A stretch of 64,000 nucleotides of DNA from the NCBI GenBank assembly GCA_028534125.1, contig CM052817.1:54128001-54192000 (forward strand), in the 5' to 3' direction. Below the pieces are notes generated by a model. That model saw nothing but the letters and a program-made list of their open reading frames with translations. It searched no databases and was not told the origin of the DNA. Source of the DNA: Lama glama. Its lineage: Eukaryota. Below are positions 37,848 through 51,850 of the stretch, one piece after another (the stretch's first letter is position 1; each line of letters starts with the position of its first letter). A program made the translations under genes and the position numbers.

Positions 37848-40800
37848 ACTACAACACATTCAATGTGTATTTGCTGCTTTAATTGAGAATATTCAATCTG
37901 CTATAGATATAAATGAAGAAACAAATGGGACAGATAAAACTTACGTGTTAAATATGCATAACGTATAGGCAAGTAACTTGGGAGACACAGGCAGAATTCA
38001 TAAGATGTACTAAGAAGAGAAAGCTAGAGAAACCCCTAGACATAATATAGAACTGATGGAAAAATTATGAGAATGGAACAAGTAGTCTGTTACTTAGAAA
38101 GGGATATAAAGCCCATAAACCTTAAATATACATGAATCCCACATCATATGACGTCTAGATTGACAAATATTCACCCCTAAATCTGCCTCCCCTGGTGACA
38201 ACCATTATGGTCCCTTTCTGACCTCATGTGCTCTCAGCTTGAAAGAGACAGATATAAGTCATAGCAGCTCAATACACTAAAACAGTGAGCTACAGCTGTG
38301 GTCAGGTGTACGAGTCCCTGCATCTCTCCAACAAAGCGGGCTTGTGTTACCTGCAGGCACCTTCCAACTACTGAGCTTCCACCTTTATCTGGCCTTTGTA
38401 ACCACACCATCAGCAGAAATAGCTGACAAAGCAGGAAGTGAATTGAGATATTGCAACACTGCACAAAACAGAATTAAGAAAGTATGATCCTTCCAACCAT
38501 TCAATGGAACCCTATCCCAACTGTGTAAACCTACCCTAGAGCTTTGTCCTTGGCTTCCAATGACAGATAAGTAAGGCATGTGATTCCAGAATCTTGGCTT
38601 CTTGGTTTGTGAGCCTTTCAGTCATGACCTCTGTTATCGCTTGCCTGGTAGTTTACGTACAGGATTTTATTACATTGATATAAATTCCCACACAGTACCA
38701 CATATCTCCAAAATCCCATTAATTTATTTACTCTTTCAACAAACGTGAGTACCTTCCACACAGTATGTTCAGTTCTGGGTGCTTGGGATACAAAAATAAC
38801 AGACACAGCTTCTGTTCTTAAACAGAGTCCAAGGAGGAAAAGAGAGGGGTAAACAGATAAGGTATGAAAGTACTGTCATATTCCAGCCTTCAGGGATCAA
38901 GGAAAGCTTCCCAGAGGAAATGACACCAAAGAATATAGAATAAGACAAAATAAAGGAGAACAGAATCGAAATAAAAGACTCACTAACATTTATTGCTTAC
39001 TGAATGCTATACCATTTTCTAACTCATTTAATACTCACAACATCCCTATGAGTTATTATTCCTATTTGAAAAATAGAAGGAAGGCACAGATTGGTCACAT
39101 GTCTAGCAAGTGGAGGAGTCAGGATTGAATGCCACACATTCTGGCTCAAGAAACCATCCTCTTAATCATCAAAGTATACTGCCTCATATCCCAGGTGCCA
39201 AGAACTAAAATATGAATAGGAGTTAGAAAGGCAAATAAAGGACAGAAGGGCATGGGAATGTGAGAACCCAAATCAAGATAACAGCCATACTTAAACAAAG
39301 TTAAAACATGGCATAGGTATGAGGAACTGTAAGAGTGAAGCTGTTAAATTAGGCTGGGCTCAGAATATGAGTTTATCAAATTCCTGACCAAAACACCTTC
39401 TCACCTCCCTTTTCACATGGCCCCATAATTCAAGTCTACTTCACAATCCTATAAGGGGAAAGTAAATGAATACATCATGTAGCATGAAACACAAAAATTG
39501 AAACAAGCCTTGAGACTTTCAATTAATGATAGCTTTCTTTTAATTTGTGGCAGTATCTTATTAAAATATTCCACATTCTCTGAACTACAATGCAATACAA
39601 GTAAAGATTTTAATAGAATTTGCATCTAATCTAGAGTTCTATCCATGGATTACCTAACCATTTCTATTTTGTTTAAATTTCACAAATGTAATTATTATAT
39701 GTAAGCCTATGGATATGCAGGTGTGCATGTGTATTTGGCAATGAAAAACGTGAGAAATACAAAAATAGGTTCCATACAAATAACTTTTCAACGAGGAAAT
39801 ATAGGTAATTAGTAAACCAATAAAAGATATCATCATAAGCCATTCAAATAATTCTGCTAGAATATCTTCCTATTGAAATAACCACATTGTTTTTCTAATG
39901 CTATAAATAATCACATTACTTAGTATGAATGAAAACAAACTTATAAATACCAGATGAACAACATGGTACATTTTTTCCTTTCATATGTGAAACTGTAGGA
40001 ATAAATTACTTTTATAAGACCAGTAATTTCAAATAAAACTGAGAAGTCAATCTGTTTTTAAATTCCTAAGATTTTTAAAGAATGAAAGTCATAATGTGTT
40101 TACTTTTTAATATAGAAATGAAGGTGGATATAAATATTTTGTATGTCTAAGAAAAACATGTTGCAAATATTTGCAAATTCAAGGCTAGTTTTGATAAACA
40201 TATCGTTAAAGATAAATATTTTTGCCATGGTATAATTCTTAAATGTTAAAGTGATTTAAGTACCTAAACAAGTCTTTGCTTTTTTTTGCTATAGACTATA
40301 TATAAGTATGTTTAGATTAATCCAGCTAAAACTTACTACAATATAAAATATCCAGTTTGTTAATTTCCAAGTCACATCAAAAGATATCCCAGTGTTTTTC
40401 TATTAACTTCAAACAGTATTACAACATTCCAGAAATGAAAAATTTAAAAACTTTTATATACTTTTAATATGTGTTCACTCCAGAACTACTTAAGCCTGAT
40501 GATTTACAGTTAATCAATGATCAAAAAAGAACAGGGAACTGCAATTCCAAAATAGAAGAAAATCATTAAACTTAGTCACATTTCCCCAATTCCAACATAT
40601 ATTCTCATAAATCTAATCCTTTATTGTTTGCTCTCCTTGCTATAGGGCATTTGAGAAAGATCACCACGTCACTAATTTATCAGTGAGAATCAAAAACACT
40701 TTGATTTTCTCATCCATTTAGTTCATGCTCTGTCATCATCTTACCACCTATTTATGAGTTTTCTGTGGTTTAGTATATTAGTGGAGGCTGCTATAGGGGC

Positions 40801-40849
40801 AAAGCATAAGAAAAGTTTGTGGCTTTTTTACCAGTAGTATCAACCCACA

Positions 40850-41910
40850 TGATTTCATCACCTTCATCAGCTTATAAATTTCCCTTCTCTAGATGAAAGC
40901 ATACCCCCAGCTTCTCTCCTTGCCCATTCTCTTTTCTGCTTCAGCAATCTCATAAACCCTGGTGACCTTAACTATCACCTTTATGTTGAAAATGTCTAAC
41001 TCCTATTACTAGCGATAACTTCTCTCTCGATATTTAGATTAATATTTCAGATTTTGCTTCACATCTACACTTCAAACTCGGTATTTCTAAGACCAGATTC
41101 ACCGTTTTTTCCTCTGAAAACCAAAGCTTCCTCTTGAGATCCTAATTCTGTGAATGCAACCACCCAGTCACCTAGGCATCTTTGATTCTTCCCTCATCCT
41201 AACCTCTGACATCCAATTAGAAGCCAAGCGCTACAGATCCAACCTCTGTGCATCTCTCACATCCTTCCTCTCTTTCCATCCCCATTGCTCTCTCCCCAGT
41301 CCAGACACTCATTACCTTCTGCCCTATGGCAACAAGATAACTGATCTCTCCACGTATAGTTCCTCTCTACCCTACATTTTCCCACATAATTCTGACAGGT
41401 TCTAAACTGCAACTCTGATCAACAGCTTCTAAAGAATCCCCACCATGGACAAAATTATGTACAAAGTCCCAGATCCTCCACAAGATGACTATAGCCCACC
41501 TCTCAACTTTATGCCCCACTACTTCTTACCTCACATCCTTATTGTTGGTTAAATTAGACTATTCACTGTTTGATAAAAATGTCTCAATTTTCCCCAACTA
41601 TAACTTTGTTCACATAATTCACTTCTCTGAAACACTCTTCCTCTGCCAGCACCTCCCATCTAAGCTTGCAAGTGGTCGTAGGGATTTTTCAAGAGTTCAT
41701 TAATATAGCACATTATCAAGGAAGCTTTCTTCTTCCTCACTCTCTTTGCCCCCATCCCATAACTGGGATGCCATCTCCTCTTTCTTTAAAATACTACAGC
41801 ATTTATATGACACCACATTTCACCAAATCAATGAGTCAAATGCCTACTGGTATATGCTGGAATATATACACAATTATTATTATGTGGCAGATACTCAATT
41901 AATGAATTAA
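40850..41910 (+). mobile_element. L2 LINE remnant
   Basis: Pyrimidine-rich L2-type body ending 'gatactcaattaatgaattaat'. Similar remnants at ~17.8-18.2 kb and 44.3-45.0 kb. Confidence 0.65.
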
Positions 41911-44900
41911 TAAAATAATTTATAATATTTTCCTAATTAAATAGAAGAAACAAAACGTGTTTTGGCCAGATGTCAAAGTTTAGCATCTATTTTCCATTAT
42001 TCATATTCTTTGTAACAAGAAAAATATAATGGTGAAAAATATAATTTCCATAAGCATTTTGAAAGCTACTCGAATTTTACTTCTCAGATGGAAAGGGAAA
42101 ATAATTTGAAATTTATGTCAGAAAAACAAAAGAGTTTTTCACATTTTCCTGGAAATAATTGAAGGCCAAACTCACCAACACATTTATTTTCATTTGGACA
42201 CATCATTCTGGTATTCATAGAAATGCTTTGAAATTATGTTTAGGGTTGCAAAGTTTATTATTATTTTTGAACCTCAATAGTTTACTGATTTCCCTAGATG
42301 CCTGTTATCCTTCTTTCCATATAAAAATATAATACTATGTACCTAAGAATTCTAGACAGTAATATCCGAAGAATGTGTTTTGCATATCAATTGGACCTGA
42401 CATTTTGTCTAAACTGGCAAACCTCACTGAGGGACACAAATAAATGTGAACCAGGTCTTTTATCTGAAATAATATTGTATTGTCATATAAAACCAGAAGC
42501 TAACAGAGCACTTTGAAGGCTACATTATATTATTCTCTTGCAGGAACAGTTAAATCCAAAAGGCTGAGCTTGTAAAACAGAGGGTTTCCCATTCCCGTAG
42601 CAGCATTAATCTCCGTTCTTCTGTTACAAGTTCTTTCATCTCCCCACTGCCCCATGAATTCCTGGACTTTACCTATATCCTTCCGACTATAATGTAACAA
42701 GAAAATTAGAACCAGCTTTCCCAAAACTTGGGGAGTAAGGGGAGTAAGAACATGAGAACACACCAGAAGGATAACTTAACTCATCAAAGTCAATATAAAT
42801 AACACAATTAAAAACATATTCAGAGTAAAAAAGTCCCAAATTTTCCAATGATCATCAGTTATATCAGATGAAAATATAAAAACCAGAAGGAAGTAAAGAG
42901 AAATTGTTTATCAAAGGCATACACTCAACTTTCAGGCCACTCTAATTCAGAATCAGAGGAAAGCTAAGAATTGTTCGGAGAAGAAAAGGGCTAGGGATGA
43001 GTGAAGGCAGAGGAAAATCAATTCAAGTTAGCCTAACATTGAATTTTTAGCTGAGCTGAATAGGACTCAGAAGGTACAGGGCATTCCAACCAGCAAAGAT
43101 GATATCATTTGCTGAAGATGTGGAAGGAAGGGGGCATGGTTTGTCTAGTGAATTATTAGAACTTCCATGGGGATGAAGGAAAAGATATGTGTGGGGATGT
43201 GGTCGGAGGTAAGAGAAAATGTGTTGCCAACTAATCTTATTGACTGGCTGCATGTGTTTTGGCTCAGAGGTTTTAAAGCATCCCACATTTGTCTCCCTGT
43301 CCCTCTTTATTCTAATGTCTATGACCTGCCCTATCATGTTGGTGAGTTCATGGTGCACAAAAGAATTGGCTCCATTCCCAAATCACTGTCTTACAATAAT
43401 TTCAATAAATGAGTGGTTTGCCACCCCTTCCCTGCCTCGATCAGTTTATTTTAAAGCCTTCCTATGTAAAATTAGATGAGCTCTTCAACCATGATCTTGG
43501 ATCTATGACTTTAAAAATATAAAAAATAATTTTTGGAGTGCAGCTTTTATTTTGCTAGACTCTTAACCAATGAGAACATTAAACATTTCCTTAAGATAAA
43601 GCATCACTTTACAATGTCATCAAGGGATATTCTATTTTAATACTCAGTTTTAATTAGGCAAGAGTATAAACCAAGATTCATTTCGGAGGCATTCTCAAAA
43701 GACACATGAAGATTTTTTTGTTATTACTTCATTAAACTGTGTGCTATGTTACACTGTTAATGAACACAAACATGAGTAGATCAGTCTCCCACTTCTTTCC
43801 AGATTTTGACATGGAACATTGGACTAAGAACTGAATGAACGCCAAATATATTTAGGCCTGCAGATCAACACTCTTAACGTCATTCAATTTGTCTCCTTGC
43901 CACAGTAATGAAAAGTATATATTGCAAAAGAACATATACAGTAAGAATTCTCTCAGCTGTTTCATGGGAACACAGGGGAGCTCAAAATCCAATCTAATCT
44001 TTGCTCCAACATGGCCCAGCTAGGTATTACTGGGAAGTAGAAGGAAGGATTGAATGAAAATCCTAGCAGATGCTCCTTTGTTGCAGAATCTTATCACACC
44101 TAAGCCAAAATAGAATGTCTAACAGTGATAACATTTTTTTTTCTTTTTGATGAGAATAACACGCTCAACAAATAGCACTTTAAATTACCTTTTTTTCAGA
44201 TTTATATATTATATATATATATGTAAGTTAAGGGTTCTTATATTTGGGGCCAGAAAGTTGGGTTTCTATTCCAAAGAGTATGTTAAAGAAGTTATTTGTA
44301 AATGTTTGGGTAACCACCATCATTTCTTAACAACATTCTCTGTCTCATTTTGTCTTTCTTATCTCAATAAGTGATACAATCATTCACCACACAATCTTTC
44401 AGGCAAGAAATCCGGTAGTCCTCTTTGGATTCTCCCTCTTCTTACTCACCTATCCAATGAATCTTTCTCTACATCAGCCGGTCCTAATTATCACTAATAT
44501 CACTCACTCCTAGAGTTAGGCCCACCATCATTTCTTATCTGAATTGATAGAATAACCTTCCATTTCCAGTCCTGAAGCCTCTGGTTCATTCTTCAAATGC
44601 AGGTGCCAGGTGCCACCCTTAATTCCTCTAAGATTAATAGTTTCCTCACTGCCATCAGGAAAATTCCAAACTCCTCATAATGTAATATGCCATCCTGATC
44701 AGATCCAGATCATTTCTGGACTAAAATCTAGAAATTACCCTCTGGACATGTATGGTTCCAATCATACTGAACTACGCCTTTGTGTTACTGTTTCCTCCAT
44801 CTACAGTAGTGTCTTTCTTCTTCTACCTCTGCCCTTGGCTTACTACTACTTCTCTGTCAGGTCCCAGATTAAATGCCTCTTTTCGGAGCATCTTCTCTGT

Positions 44901-46761
44901 CCGTCTAAGGCTGGGTGGATATTCCCTCTACATGCTCCGTAGTACATTATACTCATCTTTGTAATAGGTATTCCCAGTACTGCCTCTTTGTTACACAATT
45001 GCTTCTACATGGGTCTACATCATGAGACAGCCAGTAACATGAATAATTAAATCAGGGATATTCACCTAATCTGATGGGGAATAAATTCTCTTTTTGGAAA
45101 TTCAAACTAAAAGGCAAGACAAGTGCCAGTTGGTGGTGAGTGCTGTGGCTAAAAGCAGTGATGTACAATGTGGGTTGTCACTTAACAATGTTAATGAGCA
45201 AAGAAAAGTCAGAGGCGAACCAAAGAAGCAGGCCCATGGGAAAGAAAAAAAATTCTGGTATTTATTGATTACCAAGGTCCAGTACTCAAGAATTCTTAGA
45301 TTTCCATAAGAATTATAGATGCTTAAAACATGCTCCTGCAGTTGGCACTCCCACTCAAGCAAACACACATGCGACCCTGCACACACACAAAGGCTTCCGT
45401 TAATTACCATTTTACAAACAAGGTTCCTGCCTTTTGGGTGCAGAGGGAAGATACCCTCTAGGAAACATTGACCACACTGTCCCATTTTTGTGCCCCAATA
45501 CCCACTGAGAGATCAAAGTTTGTGAGTTTTCCATCTTTGCCTTCCTGCCACTCAGTGCAGTACCTGGCATGCATCTGCACTGAACTCAATGTTGAAAAAA
45601 TACGTGAGGGCAAGAATGAAAGAAGGAGCCATCCATTTTTAATAATTCAGACTAATTTTAAAGGCTGATTTTTGTTTAAAGCAATAAAAAATCAAATGGA
45701 GTTTTCTCCTTGCTTTAATTATCATAAAAGCATTCTCATCTATAAACATAAAAACCGAAGAATGGGAGAAAATGGGAAAAAAAAGTGATGGCAGGTTGGC
45801 TGTGATTCACTAAGAGGATTAAGAGAATACACAAGCCCCACTAAAAGCATGTTGGCTCTGGCAAAAGGAAACTTTAAAAATGAGCACTGGGTAGAGTCTT
45901 TATGACTGTTCAGGACTGAAATGCTTTAGCTGTATGAACTCTGCACATGGTACATGTGGCTTGCAGGAGGGTTATTTGTAGATCATCTCAATGAACTTTT
46001 TACGCATCTGCCTGAAAATCACAATTAAAGCAAGGAAAATGCTGATAAAAAACACATTAACATTCCTCTAGCTTCAAGGAAAAGTCTTGATATCTACTCA
46101 TTAGCTGTGCAATCTGCCCTCAGACTTCCTTCTGCCTTAATATGCTAAAGAGAAACATGTCTTCTGAGAACAATGTTTTTTTAATTCTTTATGCTTTGCT
46201 GCTCTACTGTGAAGTCCTAATTCCTGTGAATCCAAACACTCGTTAACTCTCAAGAACTGCTATTAGCTATCTGGAGTCAAATGAATGTAAAGAGGAAAAA
46301 AAAGGCCAAAGTTTAATTTCAAACCAATAAAAGGCTTTTTGTTATATGGTTAAGGCTGTTTTTCTTGGGTTTCTATTTGCTTGTTTGCCTATCTATAGAA
46401 CAAATAGAGGTTAACTTTTTAAAAAAGTAGTATCAACTTTATTTTTCAATCAAATATTGCATTAATATTAATCTTTATTATTTTTATTTTTTCTGAGTTT
46501 CCTATGTCTCAAAGTATACTGTTTCTATAACAGACTCTTGTTTTTGTTTTGAGAAAGGTGGAGGAGGGAAGCAGGGAGGGAAATGGAGTTCACTGATATT
46601 TTCTAGTTTGAATTCTTCCATGTCTTTTCAATCTGAAGAGCTCAAAGTAATGTGGTATCTCATTTTAATTTCATTTTTAATACCTGTCCAAGCACTCTAG
46701 CTGTATGTACTATCTCCTGTATCAAAAAAGATTGTGCCCCTGTAATATTTACTTCTTCTTC

Positions 46762-46767
46762 TTTATT
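46762..46767 (-). terminator. Candidate AATAAA polyadenylation signal for the upstream minus-strand gene
   Basis: AATAAA on the minus strand ~200 nt after the TAA at 46971-46973. This motif is common in AT-rich DNA. Confidence 0.3.
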
Positions 46768-46970
46768 CTTTCTATAGGGAGCATTCGAAGATGACCTTCA
46801 GTTGCTCTGTATCTCACTGATAAAATTACTTTTGCACAACAGCAACTTTCAAAAAGCATTGCCTCATCATAACAGATTAACATGATTCTGCAGGCTCCTT
46901 TTAAACTGCATGACATTTACTTCAGTCTTCTCCATTCACGAGATCACATAAGGGTTGACTGTACCTTCAC

Positions 46971-47012
46971 TTACATTTTTGTCCAAAACAGAATATTATG
47001 CAATTTTCCTAT
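46971..47012 (-). CDS. Candidate terminal (or 38-nt internal) coding exon: IGKLHNILFWTKM*
   Basis: Acceptor gtttttctgtcgatttacAG|, in phase with the 204-nt exon. ATGTAAGTG supplies both a stop codon and a consensus GTAAGT donor. Confidence 0.45.
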   Translation of the reverse strand: MGKLHNILFWTKM

Positions 47013-48119
47013 CTGTAAATCGACAGAAAAACATGACTTAATCACCTGCCACATACATGGCAAAAAGTAAAGGTTAGATATATAGAAAAATCTTATTAAG
47101 CTATAAAAGTTAGGGGATGTATAAATTCAGCCAACATCTTAGTAAAAGTACTATACGAAAAACTATTCTAATTACTGCTATTCTGAATTTTTCTCACAAG
47201 ACAGAATGGCCAGCAGGTGTTTGCATGTGTATGTGTGTGTGTGTTTATGTTAGCTGCTGATTTAAACATTTATAGCATCTACTCAAAAATTAAACTTCAT
47301 TTCTGGATTTCATTTCCTCAGTAGTACTAGAAACTGTGATGAACATATATGCATTTGTGTAAATTAAATAATATTAATTTCATATTACTACTTTACAATA
47401 TCACTTAAAAAAGTCAACATCCTGATGAAAACTTTGTGATTTCTGAAGTCTATTTTGGTAAAAACATTAGTGCACCTAATTTAGAGAATTTCAGGTTTGA
47501 AATGGTAATGCAAAACAAAATAAAAAAGAAAACAAATCAAGTTCTTAAATAATGTTTACTCTACACTTTCCCTGATTTTTCCAAACACTTTAGAGTCAAT
47601 TTTTCATGCTTCTGTGGAAATAAATGCAATTACCGACCACCATTGCCCCGAAGTCACCACCACCAAGGAAGAAATGCTTATTTGAATTGAAACATTCTAG
47701 GCCATTGACTGAACAGTGTTCCTGAGTGGACAGCGCCTCTATGAGTGCCACAGACATCCCCACACTAACTCTTTCCATGTGGTGACAGTAACTGAAGAGT
47801 CAGGTTTACACTCACAGGTCTCTTAAATCTCAAGTTGATTTATGATGTATCACTCATAGTCCCTGAGCTAAAACAGTATTCCAACTTATTCTACCAGAGA
47901 GGTCTGGAATGGGGTTTAGAAGGTAACTTCAACTAATATAGTGGCATTTCATGTTCCTTTGCCAGTATTTCTGATATGTGCATTCCCTTGAAGAAATTAC
48001 GGGGTAGGAGAGGTGACTGTGTTTTGGGACAAGGCTTGATATTCATGGTTCCACCTGCCAAATGCTTCCCAGCATTTTTCGAGTTGTGGCACACAAAGAA
48101 AATTATAAAACAATATTTA

Positions 48120-48245
48120 TATAAATAATACATAATACATAAATACTTAATAAATATATAATATAAATAGTTTGTATATTAAATATCTAAATATTATATT
48201 ATATAGTATATATGTGTGTGTATATGTATGTATACATGTGTGTGT

Positions 48246-48286
<41 letters not shown>

Positions 48287-48412
48287 CCCCATGGGAAATT
48301 AGAGGGATAAGTGTCTATATGGAATTTGGAGAGAAACTGCCTAAATATTAGTAAAGATGAATATATTTATATATATATATAAAGATGATATATATATATA
48401 TACACATACATA
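48120..48412. repeat. Compound (TA)n/(TG)n low-complexity tract
   Basis: Directly visible. Confidence 0.9.
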
Positions 48413-49071
48413 TTTTCAAAGTATTAAGGAAAAAATCACTGAGTTTTGTGCAAATATGACATAATGCTCTTCATTGGAGCTTCAAGAGCTGGATGTCACT
48501 CACTGTACTTGCCAGCTACAGAGACAATATTATAAATAATATAAATGAGGCACTTTTCAACATCTTCATAAGAAAATTAGGTTGCTTCTGTAACTAACAC
48601 TTTTCTATCAGGTTTCATGCTTTAAATGACTATATACTATTCCTAACCAATATGTTTTCATCATAATCTTCTCAAAAATCTTGGTAGTTTCCATTAATGC
48701 GATTTTTTTTCCAAACAAGCAGATAGATGATCAGAAATGGTAAACTGTGTCTTTTACAACCATTCAAATTTTACAACAGTTGACAGTGTCACTAAAAGTA
48801 ATTTTAAACTTCCTATGATAATGCAAAGATATTTCAAACCCAATCAGAAATTGAAAGCCAAACATTTTGAAATAGTGATGAGGCTCTAATGCAGAACAAG
48901 CATGCATTGTTAAACAGGCCAGGATATCACTAAGTGCAAACATCAGCCACAGCGAGCGGAGGCAGAGGCTAGAGACAAAGGAAGACAAATTTGGGCTACT
49001 GCCTGGGGCTGAGCCTCCCAGGAGCCCCTGCCCAGCCACCCCCAGCCCTCTTCCCCCACCGCTGGCCGCAC

Positions 49072-49275
49072 CTTGGGCTGAGATCTGGGCTCCTTGGGCA
49101 CCTGGACCACGAACTCCTCTGGTAGCTCCACGGGGCCCTGGTCCGCGATGAGCAGTGGCGCGCTCCGCAGCTGGCTGCTGAAGGAGATGTCTGGGAGGTA
49201 GAGCGCCCCCTGGGCTGCGCTCCGCGTGTCGCAGTGGAACAGCGAGGGCTGGACGTCGCTCACTGTGCTTGCCAC
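49072..49275 (-). CDS. Internal coding exon (204 nt, 68 aa) of an unidentified protein: VASTVSDVQPSLFHCDTRSAAQGALYLPDISFSSQLRSAPLLIADQGPVELPEEFVVQVPKEPRSQPK
   Basis: Acceptor ccctgcggtccccgcAG|, donor AAG|GTgcgg, length a multiple of 3, no stops. 59 of 68 codons end in G/C in this frame (hand count). Confidence 0.75.
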
Positions 49276-50969
49276 CTGCGGGGACCGCAGGGCGCACCAT
49301 CAGACTCCGCTCAGCTCAGGCCGGCCTCACTGGAGCCCTGCTAGAGGCTCTTCCCAAGGCTGCTCTCTGATGCAGGCCGTAGGCCCGGGACTCCAGCCAC
49401 CCCTGGCCCCACTCACACAACCCTGGAGCTGAGGAGGTCACAGCTCCTGGTCCCTAGTGTAATGCTGACTGTGTAACTCCGTCCTAGTTAAACACTGTCT
49501 TCAGTAAGCCAAAAACCTCATCCTAATTCCTAACAACGATTAGGAAACTAAACATAGTTATTGAAAGCAGAGAAAACTACCTGAAAAAATAGAAATATTA
49601 TTGATAGTTTAAATAGATTTACAGTATTCTGTTGTAATTTATGGGCACTAATATCCGTGTCAATAAAACATTGGCTACTGAACTAAATATTTACACACAA
49701 AAAGCTTCATAAAGTAATGGGTTAAGAAAGTTTCAGAGAGTTATTTTTTATTAGTTTTGTTTGTTTCTTATATTATTACACTTACATGGATTGTTTTATG
49801 TTTATTTATATGTTTCAGGTCATTTAACATTTTAGGATAGATTCTGTATTAAGTCTGTGATGGACATTAAGGTGAAAAAGATATACATACATTTTTGCCA
49901 TTTATATACACAGTGATTTTACTGACAAATGGTACATAGTACATAAATGAATAAATATGGAAGACCAAGCAAGACAATAATGAAAAAAATAAAATTGTAC
50001 ACACATGACTTTTTTAATATTCACAAAACAGTTATACATTATATGCTATGAAAAACAGAGCTATTTAAGTACAGGATTTTTTTTTCTGATGAATTGGTAC
50101 ATAGATACACATTTCTCTACACTAACTGCAACTAGTGTAATAAATAGAAATGATACTGAAAATGTTCCTGCTAACAGAAGGGAACAGACTTTACAAGGGA
50201 AAAGACTTTGCTTTACACAATTATATTTAACATCCTACAACATGCATAATACCGCTGCATAGGTACCATTCCATAGGCAGGAGAGAAAATAAGAAACGTG
50301 ATCATGCAAGAGGATTTTATAATCATCTTTCTAATACTGGAAGTTTATACAGTAGCACTACAATCTCTTGATATATAAAATTCCTGCAAATTAAGAATGA
50401 AAAACATGTTCTCTTCCAAATCACAACAAATGATACAGCTCTTATAGGAAACAAACTGATATTAAGAAATTTGTCAAACAATCCATCTATGATGAAAAGA
50501 TTTAGAATGTAACTTTAAGGCATCACCCTGAAAAAACATCTTTATTTAAACTCAGTATAATGTATGTATACTAAAATATATAGGCAAAAGGTAATCTGAA
50601 TGCTATTTTGATAGTTCTTGTGAATGAAAAGGGTGTCAAAGAAGAAAATAAGGTTTAAGACCAAAAAAGTTGTGAAAATAAATCTCTAAGTAATTGCCAC
50701 TAGTGGCATCTTTTTTGATCTTTTGAGTTCTAAAATATCCCTCTCCTTGTTACCCAAAATGACAATGTGACTAATTTTTTTTTATTATTTTTATATGACT
50801 TATGTACAGGTATGTTTTCCCTACTATCTTTATAACTACTCTATGGAAGGAAATTAGGGAAAGATTATAAAGCTGTTACTTATCTTGCAAGCTTCAGTTA
50901 TAATAATGTTGAATCTCATACTCAGCCAAATTAACATATAAGGACATCTGAAGTGATGGAACATGCATT

Positions 50970-51850
50970 GATTTGTTCATTCATTCAACAAACATGTTTT
51001 GAGTTCCCATTATGTATCAGGTCCTTTTCTAGGTGCTAGAGATTTTGGTGAACAAAACAGACTATATTCATTAACGAATAACCCATTCTTGTGTGGGAGA
51101 CAGAAAATATGCAAATTCATAGACATTTTTAAACTCCATATAGATATGTAATCTACAGAAAGTTTTTTTTTTTTGAAGTGTTTGCCATTGGGTTTTTGCT
51201 TGGCTGTTTGTGTGTACACAGTGTATACAAGCTGAGCTGAACAGAGCCCAAGAAAGAGCAGGAGACAAATGGTACTGGGGAGACGGGAGCAGAGGGGTTA
51301 GAGAGAAGAGGGGGGAAGAGACCAATAAAAAGTAGAACCACATCCAGATGACAATGGAATGGTGGTGGGGGGAGACACAGACAAATCGCAGTAAACAGAA
51401 AGTTTAAACAGGGTAATATTAAATGCTATTCTGTTTAGGACTTTATGGAAGACTTATCTATGGCAGTAAAAGTTAAACTGAGATCTCAATGATATTGGAA
51501 GTTGCCAGGCATACAAAAACCAGGAGTAAAGAACATTTCAGTCTGCTGCAAAGACCTCAGGCTGGAACTACCATGGTCTGCTCAAGAAATAGCACAATGG
51601 CCAATGAAGCTGTGGACAGTGGGCTGGGAGACGAATGATCTGGAATGAGATCAGAGGAGTAAGCAACAGCCAGATCCTGAGCTTTGTAAAGCAGGGTAAG
51701 GAGTTTAGTTTGGGGACAATCAACCATCTCTTTAGGATACTGAATACAGCTCCTAGGAAGAAAAAGAATAGGACAGGATAGGGGGAAAGCACAGGGATAA
51801 TGATTTCTACTGAAAGAGATCAATTTCGGGAAAGGTCAATTTCTAGATTA
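50970..51850 (-). mobile_element. L2 LINE fragment
   Basis: ttcattcattcaacaaacatgttttgag...ctaggtgctagagat tail followed by a purine-rich body. Confidence 0.7.

Noticed and set aside
48764..49300. 178-aa ATG-initiated ORF over the 49-kb island
   Set aside because: It is the alternative frame of the 204-nt exon. Third-position bias favours the VASTVSD frame, and the ORF crosses both splice sites.
50695..50708. Perfect palindrome tgccactagtggca as a CTCF site
   Set aside because: One base short of the CTCF core spacing. A single 14-bp palindrome in 64 kb is not surprising.
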